Part shown: piece after piece, positions 46,604 through 54,146 of the stretch
Layout: each line of letters opens with the position of its first letter
Numbering within the stretch: the stretch's first letter is position 1
Virus record (IMG/VR): IMGVR_UViG_3300009687_000008
Coordinates: 9,144-73,143 of that record
Length of the DNA stretch: 64,000 bases
Direction: 5' to 3' (one strand)
From: a virus
Taxonomy: Duplodnaviria; Caudoviricetes
Program-made: the position numbers and the translations under genes
The notes under the pieces: model-generated
What the model was told of the DNA's origin: nothing
Seen by the model: the letters and a program-made list of their open reading frames with translations, nothing else
Databases searched by the model: none

Positions 46604-47041
46604 TTACGATTTTGTTGTGCTATATTCCACAGAAAATTTTTCTTGACCTAAAGTATCTTGGATACGGGAGATAATTTTAGGTATTAAATCACGAATATCA
46701 ACACTATAACGAACTCTTTGTGGGTAAACATTTCCAGTGAAACGTTTAGCGGCAACTACTCTTTCGTCAATTCTAATTTCGAAATCAAAGATGTCTTCTT
46801 TGTCGTAAATTGGTGTTCTATTAATTTGGTCTTCCGTTTGTTTCTCGTACGGATTGTATTGGTTCCATAGGTATTCTAAAGACTTATTTTTCAATTGTCC
46901 TTGAATCATATCAACACAGTCTTCCACACAATCTATGGTTAAAACAGACCAAACTGTTTTTGGATTAAAATTTTTAACAGCGAAATATCTTTGGCAGATT
47001 ATGTTACCGTTAATTTTTAGTAAAAATTCAAATTTCTTCAT
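46604..47041 (-). CDS. Hypothetical protein
   Basis: 145 aa ORF. Confidence 0.6.
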   Translation of the reverse strand: MKKFEFLLKINGNIICQRYFAVKNFNPKTVWSVLTIDCVEDCVDMIQGQLKNKSLEYLWNQYNPYEKQTEDQINRTPIYDKEDIFDFEIRIDERVVAAKRFTGNVYPQRVRYSVDIRDLIPKIISRIQDTLGQEKFSVEYSTTKS

Positions 47042-47052
47042 AAATTTTTCAT

Positions 47053-47652
47053 TTAATTATTAATATTTCTTTTTAAATCCCTATTAATTTTACTACATAG
47101 GGGTTGTAGGTTTGTATAGTGAAATAATTTTAATAATTCCTCTTCATTCTTTGCCGATGATAATGGAATTATGTGGTCTATATCCCACCCATAATTTAAT
47201 TCACCATTATATTTTCCATAATTTTCCCAAGACATCCAAGTTTCAAATTTAGATTCAATATATGTTTTAAGATATGGAATTTCACACCCAATAATTTCTT
47301 GTGTTTTAGATTTTTTTGTATTTCTTTTTAAAGATTCTGTAACAATAGTCCTCATTCTACAAGTTAAATTAAACAACGGGTCTTTCTTTCTTCTTTCTTT
47401 TTTATACCTTTTTTGATACTCTTTGTATTTATCTTTTTTTTGATACTTCTTCTTATAGTCTAAATGGTACTCCCTATTTTCAATATAATATTTTTTATTA
47501 TACTCTAAAATTTCATCTTTTCGTTTAAGAGTGTTTTGTTTTATTTTTTCTTTGTTTTTTTCTTGATATTCTTTTTGTTTAAGTAAAATTTCTTCTTTTT
47601 TTTGTTCATACCTTTTTTTATCGTATGCTTTTTTTTGTTCTTTAGAAATCAT
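47053..47652 (-). CDS. HNH endonuclease (free-standing, homing-type)
   Basis: K/Y/E-rich N-terminus, WDIDHIIP...HYTNLQPLCSKIN. Confidence 0.85.
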   Translation of the reverse strand: MISKEQKKAYDKKRYEQKKEEILLKQKEYQEKNKEKIKQNTLKRKDEILEYNKKYYIENREYHLDYKKKYQKKDKYKEYQKRYKKERRKKDPLFNLTCRMRTIVTESLKRNTKKSKTQEIIGCEIPYLKTYIESKFETWMSWENYGKYNGELNYGWDIDHIIPLSSAKNEEELLKLFHYTNLQPLCSKINRDLKRNINN

Positions 47653-47665
47653 ATTTATTTTTTAT

Positions 47666-47675
47666 TATAAATATT
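47666..47675 (-). promoter_or_regulatory. Recurrent upstream motif (A)ATATTTATA
   Basis: Located 13 nt upstream of the HNH ATG at 47652. Confidence 0.5.
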
Positions 47676-47693
47676 AAGTCAATTCGAATTTCT

Positions 47694-48716
47694 TCATACT
47701 TTTGAATTTTTATAATTTGTTTTTTCTTTTTTACTTAACTTAATAAATGGGTCTAAAAAATTTACATACCCATTTTCACCACCTGGGATTGCGTACATAA
47801 CACCATCCTCGAACATCATTTTGAGAACGTTTTTATAATCACGTCCTTCAGGGTTTAAAGGTAGGTTTATGAGGCTTCTAATCTCTTCTTTGGCTTCATC
47901 TGTTAAAAGAGGTTGTAATAAATCGATTATGATTTTGTTTACCTCATAAACATTACCTTTATGACGTCCTTTTGTTTTACCTTCTAAAATAGATTCAAAA
48001 ACTTTTAATTTCTTTTCCTCTTGGAGAGTTTTGGTTTTATCCATGATTTCTTCCAAGGTCATTTTCCTATCTTTAATTTCGGGAAAATGTGTTAAAAGTG
48101 TAGTCTCAGTTACTCCTTCAATTCCTTTAATATTATCTGTAGAACAACCTTCAATAATTTTAACTAATCCAGCATTTTCATAGTGATGTTGGAAGTACCA
48201 ACTATAATTTCCTGTTCCCACCAAAACTTTCTTATCAGCTAAAAAAAGACTTACATCTTCTGAAATTAACTGACATAGGTCTCTATCGTTTGTATAGATA
48301 ATAACCTCCTCACTTTTCTTTCGGTTAAGGGTGTAGAATGCTAGTAAATCATCAGATTCACAATCAGGGTGTTCGTACTGTCTAAGGAATAAGTCTTCAG
48401 CGTAAGCTTTAACTCTTAATTTTTGGAGTTCGTAAGATTCATCAAAGAATCTTGGTCTATTTCCTTTGTATTCAGGATAATAATCAAGTCTCAAAGAACC
48501 ACCTCTCTCACCATCCCACATAATAACAACCTTATCAACTGATAAATCAACGATAAGTTTTCTAAGTGTGGTGTAAAATTGGAAGATTCCACCTATATGT
48601 TTTTCCTTATAGAAAACGTTTTTAGCTCCGTTATAAGAACGTTTCATTAAAACGTTACCATCAATAAGAAGTGTTTTGGTTTTTTCTTTTTTCTTAGTTA
48701 CTTTGAGGCCTGTCAT
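47694..48716 (-). CDS. 5'-3' exonuclease (PolI N-terminal/T4 RNase H-like)
   Basis: LLIDGN, MWDG, YKGNR, ESDD, TNDRDLCQL, GCSTDNIKGIEGV. Confidence 0.9.
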   Translation of the reverse strand: MTGLKVTKKKEKTKTLLIDGNVLMKRSYNGAKNVFYKEKHIGGIFQFYTTLRKLIVDLSVDKVVIMWDGERGGSLRLDYYPEYKGNRPRFFDESYELQKLRVKAYAEDLFLRQYEHPDCESDDLLAFYTLNRKKSEEVIIYTNDRDLCQLISEDVSLFLADKKVLVGTGNYSWYFQHHYENAGLVKIIEGCSTDNIKGIEGVTETTLLTHFPEIKDRKMTLEEIMDKTKTLQEEKKLKVFESILEGKTKGRHKGNVYEVNKIIIDLLQPLLTDEAKEEIRSLINLPLNPEGRDYKNVLKMMFEDGVMYAIPGGENGYVNFLDPFIKLSKKEKTNYKNSKV

Positions 48717-48945
48717 TACCCATATTCATTTTAAAGGGTTCAACAATTTTTTTTCTTTCTTCTTGATTTGATTCGATAAGAATTCCTAAATCAACTAATA
48801 GATTTTTATGAACTTCAGATAATTCATCTCCATGGAGAAATCTTTCTACACCAGATTGGATTACCCAAAATGATGCTAATTGGTCACCTCTATCTGTTAG
48901 AGCCTCCCTATTTAGTTCTATTAATCTATTATAATTAATTTTCAT
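48694..48945 (-). CDS. Hypothetical protein
   Basis: 83 aa ORF. Confidence 0.5.
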   Translation of the reverse strand: MKINYNRLIELNREALTDRGDQLASFWVIQSGVERFLHGDELSEVHKNLLVDLGILIESNQEERKKIVEPFKMNMGNDRPQSN

Positions 48946-50000
48946 TATTCTAATCCTTCAAGTTCAATGTCGGTTTCAGAGTTTTCCAATGCAAAGTCTT
49001 CTCCTTCTTGGATTTCTAGTCCGTTCTTAATGAACATTTCAGACCAAAAATCAGAGTATTCTTTTTTGTATTTCTCTTCCGCCTCTTTTGTATCGTCAAT
49101 AAAACCATGTGGTGTTACGATAACTTTACCGTCTTCATACCCAATACCATTTACGTGGTTCTTAAGAATAGAAACTTTACTACGAGTAGCGAACTTAATC
49201 TTTCTACCGTTCTTAGTTGCCATAATCTTGTTTGTACCAGCACCTTTTTGATTACCAAAAAGGAAGATTAGAGTACTATTAAGATAGATGGCTTCCCCAC
49301 CTTTCATCTTAATTTTAGGTTGTCCCATTGGACTATCAGGTAACTCAACCCAAGGTTGATTAACGAATACAATTGTGTTGGTATATTTATTCGGTTTACC
49401 ATCCGATAGTGTTTCTTTTCTTGAGGATGTAATTCTACCATTCAATCCCATTCCGATTTTATCAGATAATACAGAAGCGTTATGCATCTTACCACCTTTA
49501 CCGTCGAAAGTCATTTTACAAGGAATTGAACCAACAGAGTCCCAAAAGAAACAAATGTCATATGGAATGTCACCCTTTGCTTGGGCATCCAATACTTCAT
49601 TTATATAATCTGTAATCTGTTCAATATAATCAAAATCATCACGGAAAAGGAAAAATCCATCCCATTCACCTGGAGCCGTTTCAGTAACGTCTAAACCCAT
49701 TAATTGAGCGTGGGGGAAACTCCATTTCTTTTCTGTAATAATAAAGATTGGTAGAATACCATTTTGTTGACACCAAATAGCACTTTTTAAAAGAGCTGTG
49801 GTTTTACCTGTGTCAGAATGTCCCAAGAAAACATTTAAGTGCCCAAGAGCTGGACCGGGTACTCCCGTAGCTTTTTGGAAGGCAGGTCCTAAATCAATGA
49901 ACCTATCAGCCTTATATTTAGTTTTTGTACTAAATTTATCCTTAAGTCCATCCAAGGAGAACTCCTTTTTACCTATTGATTTCTTTTTTCCGTCAGACAT
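48945..50000 (-). CDS. recA: RecA/UvsX-like recombinase
   Basis: Walker A GHSDTGKT, FWDSVGS, VFVNQ, KGGEA. Confidence 0.88.
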   Translation of the reverse strand: MSDGKKKSIGKKEFSLDGLKDKFSTKTKYKADRFIDLGPAFQKATGVPGPALGHLNVFLGHSDTGKTTALLKSAIWCQQNGILPIFIITEKKWSFPHAQLMGLDVTETAPGEWDGFFLFRDDFDYIEQITDYINEVLDAQAKGDIPYDICFFWDSVGSIPCKMTFDGKGGKMHNASVLSDKIGMGLNGRITSSRKETLSDGKPNKYTNTIVFVNQPWVELPDSPMGQPKIKMKGGEAIYLNSTLIFLFGNQKGAGTNKIMATKNGRKIKFATRSKVSILKNHVNGIGYEDGKVIVTPHGFIDDTKEAEEKYKKEYSDFWSEMFIKNGLEIQEGEDFALENSETDIELEGLE

Positions 50001-50010
50001 AGTTTATAAA

Positions 50011-50853
50011 TTAAAATGGCATTTCATCATCTTCACCTTCAGCTGAATCATCAGTATCAGGAGCTGAATATTTTGCTGAACTTGTTGGTGTTTCTTTCTT
50101 AACAGTTTCTTCACCTTTAGCAACAAACTTCTCAAGTTTTTTATCCCAAACTGGTGTTTCACCGTTTGCAATAATTTCAAGATAATCTAATGGAGATGCC
50201 TTGTAGATATCTTTCCATGTCATTTCATCTTTAATCCAAGCGTTAGCTTTGGTCTTGTCGTTTGTTAACATTGATGGGTCCTCGGCCATTACAGAAGTAA
50301 CTTTAGTGTTATTCTTGTCACCTCTTCCTAACATAAGGACAAGGTCACGGCCTTCTCTAGGGTCTGATAAGTCACCCTTTTTTGTGAATAGAGGAATCAT
50401 TTTATCTAACTCCCCTTCACCTTTGTAGTTGTGACGGAAACGCCAGATTTTAATACCATCATCCTCTTTAGAACGGTCAATTACACGAGCTAAATAAAAC
50501 TTAGCTGCTTTGTAAGTTTTGGCAATTTTCTTGTCTTCTTCACTGCCTGTGGCTTTTAAAGCCTTTTCTACTTCACATAATGGACAAGTTTCACCGTCAT
50601 TATGTTCTCTACAATAAAGTTTTCTCCATTGTCCATTAACCTGCATAACGTGGAAATAGCCCTCTTCAAAAGGTGAACCACCTTTTACTTTAGACGGCAT
50701 AAGACGAATGGTTGCTTCACCATTTTTTTCGCCTTCTTCCAAACGTGGGTTAAAATACTTTGAGAAATCTTTTTCTTCGAAGGTTTTACCTCCACCAGAA
50801 TTGCTTTTGTTTTTTTCATACTGCGACATAATCGCACCTAAAACATCACTCAT
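50011..50853 (-). CDS. Single-stranded DNA-binding protein (gp32-like)
   Basis: IRLMP...FHVMQVNG...LYC...CPLCE Zn site, acidic C-terminus ending DDEMPF, located next to recA. Confidence 0.8.
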   Translation of the reverse strand: MSDVLGAIMSQYEKNKSNSGGGKTFEEKDFSKYFNPRLEEGEKNGEATIRLMPSKVKGGSPFEEGYFHVMQVNGQWRKLYCREHNDGETCPLCEVEKALKATGSEEDKKIAKTYKAAKFYLARVIDRSKEDDGIKIWRFRHNYKGEGELDKMIPLFTKKGDLSDPREGRDLVLMLGRGDKNNTKVTSVMAEDPSMLTNDKTKANAWIKDEMTWKDIYKASPLDYLEIIANGETPVWDKKLEKFVAKGEETVKKETPTSSAKYSAPDTDDSAEGEDDEMPF

Positions 50854-50925
50854 TTTTCTTTGTTTTTAATTGTTTAACAATAATACTTGGTCTAATACTA
50901 AGTCAAAATTGTCTTATTGTAAATG

Positions 50926-50953
50926 AAAAAAGAGGTCATTTAGCCTCTTTTTT
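50926..50953 (-). terminator. Intrinsic terminator
   Basis: AAAAAAGAGG-(8 nt)-CCTCTTTTTT between the 50970 gene and SSB. Confidence 0.75.
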
Positions 50954-50969
50954 CTATCTTTGTAAAATT

Positions 50970-52415
50970 TTATTGACTTTTCATCTTGTGATAATGTGGT
51001 AGTGGGAAACAATTGTTAGGATCTTTACAATCCTCCTCCACTTCGATAATATTTCTATACATACTTAAAAATGGTATCCTAAAACCTATAACTTTAACCC
51101 TATATACCGAACCAACTTCTAATTCGTTATAAACATCTGATGAATTGAATTTACCTCTAAACATCTCATCTGATTCTTCAAAAACTTCATCGTCAGTGAA
51201 AATAAGGTATTTACTTTCTGTTGATTTTCCAGTTGACACTGTTGTAATATCTTTATCTTTTACTCTAATTGTTAAAGTTTCTGTACGAGATTGACGTGAT
51301 ATTTCAAAACCAATCATAATAGCTATAGCTAATGTTAATATTTTAAAATACCCACTCTTAGTAAAGGCAGATTCAGTTAATGAAAGGCCCAATTTACTGT
51401 TTAAATTATTATAAACCTCTTTGGTTTGGTTAGCATCTATATCATACCCTAAATTAGATCTAACCAAGTTAATGGCCTTATCTAAATCAGTTACGTTGTT
51501 AACTTTTAATGTGTTAAAAATTTGTTTAAATGTTTTAACATTTCCACCAATTTGTGTGATTATCTCTTTTATTTTATCTAATACCCTATTTTCAGTTAAA
51601 ACTTTTTTTTTTGACCTGGATTCAGGAATAAAAGATTTCTTAATATCTACACCACTGTAATCTTTAGCCTCATCAGGATCTAATTTCCAAACTTTGACCT
51701 CACCATCTGGACTTTGAGCGTCAGGTGTTGAACCGTCAGTGATTTCATAATTATCTTTTCCGTTCACATCATTCCAATAATCTGTTAACTTAACGTTGAA
51801 TGGATAACTATCTAATGAACGTAATTCTAATTTCTCTTTTGGTTTTTGTGCTTGTAAATCCTTTTTAATTGAGGATACTTCAGTTGAAACTGTATCAATT
51901 TTAGATAATGATTGTTGTAAAGCTTCAAACTTACCCATCAAGTCTTTAATCATATTCTTACCTTCTTCAGCCGCAGTTACAGCTTTCTCAGCGTAACCCT
52001 TAGCGTCATCAGCTCTTTTTACAATATCAGTAACGTCAATTTCTTCTACGTCATCACTTGAACCTTCGAGTTCGTCGGCTGCACTAAATTCATCAGCTGT
52101 ACCGAATTCATCAACTTCTTCAGTATCTCCACCTTCAGCATCACCGCCACCAAAGTCAAAGTCAACATTGTCTCCACCTTCAGCATCACCACCTTCTTTT
52201 CCACCTTCATCAGCACCAAAATCGAAGTCAGCATTGTCTTCACCTTCATCACTTTTGTTTTCATCGTCAGCGTAATCGGTGTAAGCATCCTCCTCTAAGT
52301 AAGTGTGTCTTCTAACTTCAGTCAAAGATGATTTACCTTTCTTAGGGTCGTACCCAAGAAGTTCTATATGTCTTTTTAAAGACTCTTTTAAATCTTTAGA
52401 TAAACTTTTTTCCAT
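50970..52415 (-). CDS. Acidic scaffold/head-like protein fused to a C-terminal single-TM beta domain
   Basis: D/E/G-rich N-terminal region and coiled coil, recurring LTE motifs, then a hydrophobic helix and KYLIFTD...GKFNSSD...GFRIPFLSMYRNII. Confidence 0.6.
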   Translation of the reverse strand: MEKSLSKDLKESLKRHIELLGYDPKKGKSSLTEVRRHTYLEEDAYTDYADDENKSDEGEDNADFDFGADEGGKEGGDAEGGDNVDFDFGGGDAEGGDTEEVDEFGTADEFSAADELEGSSDDVEEIDVTDIVKRADDAKGYAEKAVTAAEEGKNMIKDLMGKFEALQQSLSKIDTVSTEVSSIKKDLQAQKPKEKLELRSLDSYPFNVKLTDYWNDVNGKDNYEITDGSTPDAQSPDGEVKVWKLDPDEAKDYSGVDIKKSFIPESRSKKKVLTENRVLDKIKEIITQIGGNVKTFKQIFNTLKVNNVTDLDKAINLVRSNLGYDIDANQTKEVYNNLNSKLGLSLTESAFTKSGYFKILTLAIAIMIGFEISRQSRTETLTIRVKDKDITTVSTGKSTESKYLIFTDDEVFEESDEMFRGKFNSSDVYNELEVGSVYRVKVIGFRIPFLSMYRNIIEVEEDCKDPNNCFPLPHYHKMKSQ

Positions 52416-52609
52416 TATCGTGTGTATTCGTTTAAAAGTTGTCTACCATCGTTAGTGATGATTTTCTTATGTTCTCTTTTAACAATCTCTTCAGGATTGT
52501 TAATCATACATTCCTCATCATTACATTCAGGTTTATTACCCTTCAAAAAAGAATCTAAATTTTTCTTTAAATCTTTTTCTTTGTTTTGTTTGTTTTTATC
52601 TGTTAACAT
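52415..52609 (-). CDS. Hypothetical protein
   Basis: 64 aa ORF preceded by GATATTTATA. Confidence 0.6.
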   Translation of the reverse strand: MLTDKNKQNKEKDLKKNLDSFLKGNKPECNDEECMINNPEEIVKREHKKIITNDGRQLLNEYTR

Positions 52610-52622
52610 GACTACTTTTCTT

Positions 52623-52632
52623 TATAAATATC
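52623..52632 (-). promoter_or_regulatory. Recurrent upstream motif GATATTTATA
   Basis: Located 13 nt upstream of the ATG at 52609. Confidence 0.55.
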
Positions 52633-53038
52633 AAGATTCAGGTAAAAACACTTGTTCTATTTTGTTTATTTCCAAAACATCACCTTTTAATAGAATTATT
52701 TTGTTTTCGTATTTAGTCCAATCTATTTGGTAGTCCTTGTGGTTGACATTACCTTGTAACCCACTTTCTTCCTCAATTAATCTGTTCAAAGCATTAATAG
52801 TAAAAATGGTATTACCTTTTTTATGTATTTGGATTGTTTTAGGAAGTTCTTTTTTAATGTCAATTTTGTTCTCAATATCGACACGTAACTTATATGTTAA
52901 AACGAAACTACCATCTTCTAGTTTAAAGAAGAAGACGTTTTCTTTTTTAATCCCGAATTTCTTTTTGATTTTATGTAAAAATCCCTCTATCCAATCTTCC
53001 TTAACAAATGAGGCTAGAAGTAGTATTTTTTGTTGCAT
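52631..53038 (-). CDS. Hypothetical protein
   Basis: 135 aa ORF. Confidence 0.6.
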   Translation of the reverse strand: MQQKILLLASFVKEDWIEGFLHKIKKKFGIKKENVFFFKLEDGSFVLTYKLRVDIENKIDIKKELPKTIQIHKKGNTIFTINALNRLIEEESGLQGNVNHKDYQIDWTKYENKIILLKGDVLEINKIEQVFLPES

Positions 53039-53639
53039 CCTTAAACATTAAGTATGGTATATATTTTATGTTTAAGTACTTGAGTTCATTCTTGAATTTT
53101 GTTGTTCCCTTTCCGTCGTTACCTTCGAATTGAGTCATGTCTTTCTTTAAAATACTCAGTACTTTTTCTCTATCAAACCCGATGAACTCTATTTGTTCGA
53201 GATCGATAGAAAAAAGATTAAAGTTGTGATAAACATATACAACTTTATCTGAATATAAATATGCAAATCCACCCGCAAGGCTTTTGATTTTTTCAATAAG
53301 TTCTTCGGTAGAATTTATTTTATACATTATTGGGTCTATATTGAAATATTTTATGCCTTTTACAAAATCATCATAGGATCTTTTAATAAATTTTTTCAAA
53401 TCATCTTCAAAGACACCACGTTTTTCACTTGTATTAAAAGTCCAATAAAGTCCATCTGATATTTTTTTTCTAAGTATTGATGCTTTATCGAAATTAGTTT
53501 TAGCTAACTCCCAACCTATTATTAAAGTAGGTAAATCATTACCGTCAGCATTCAGATATTCTTCCATTGTCAAAACATTAAAGTTTTGTGGAACACCTGT
53601 AATACCCTCATTTGATACTATATTTCCTACAATAATCAT
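53001..53639 (-). CDS. Hypothetical protein
   Basis: 212 aa ORF. Confidence 0.6.
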   Translation of the reverse strand: MIIVGNIVSNEGITGVPQNFNVLTMEEYLNADGNDLPTLIIGWELAKTNFDKASILRKKISDGLYWTFNTSEKRGVFEDDLKKFIKRSYDDFVKGIKYFNIDPIMYKINSTEELIEKIKSLAGGFAYLYSDKVVYVYHNFNLFSIDLEQIEFIGFDREKVLSILKKDMTQFEGNDGKGTTKFKNELKYLNIKYIPYLMFKDATKNTTSSLIC

Positions 53640-53660
53640 TGCCTATATAAAATATTTTTT

Positions 53661-53668
53661 TATCTTTG
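53661..53668 (+). promoter_or_regulatory. Bacteroidota sigma-A -7 element TATCTTTG
   Basis: Located 14 nt upstream of the plus-strand ATG at 53683. Confidence 0.5.
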
Positions 53669-53682
53669 TATAAAGATAAGAA

Positions 53683-54146
53683 ATGAAAACAGAAAAAGAA
53701 ATACACCCACTTACAGTTTCAGATTTAACTAACTTTATTTTTGCGGGTAATGCCACCTTTACTGTAGTTAATGAAACCACAGGTAACCGTTTTACATTTC
53801 GTGTTCGTAAAGCTGGTTGGGGTACTCCTACATATAATGAAAAATCTGGCATTTTCTATGTTTCTGTTTTGACAGGATCTGATAACAATTCTTCTTATAC
53901 TTTTATTGGTACTTATTTTGGTGGAACAAATCAAGTTTACCGTCATTCCCATAAGAGTAAAATCACAGATAAGGCTGTTTCCAACCAAGTTTTAGTTTGG
54001 TTCTTTTCTTCCTACATCAAGAATCCATCTTCTTTCCCAACTGTTAAAGTTTTTCACTCAGGTAAATGTGGGAAGTGTGGAAAAAACTAACCACCCCTGA
54101 ATCTGTCAAGAGTGGTTTAGGTCCTAAATGTGGTAATAGAGATTAA
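53683..54146 (+). CDS. DUF6011-like Zn-finger protein, completed only by a -1 frameshift at 54081-54087
   Basis: Frame 0 ends CGKCGKN* at 54090. The -1 frame continues LTTPESVKSGLGPKCGNRD* to 54146, completing a CxxCGxxLTxPES...GxGPxC motif. Confidence 0.7.

Noticed and set aside
42582-50000. Inteins in NrdJ, helicase or RecA
   Set aside because: The protein lengths are ordinary, the motifs are contiguous, and there are no C...HN/C-S-T splice junction signatures.
50955-50962. TATCTTTG on the plus strand as a promoter
   Set aside because: It would point antisense into the 3' end of the 50970 gene with no plus-strand ORF. A chance occurrence in AT-rich DNA is plausible.
4101-52630. Canonical T4 late promoters (TATAAATA)
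   Set aside because: The octamer mostly occurs on the non-coding strand relative to the downstream genes, so it was reported instead as the coding-strand motif GATATTTATA.
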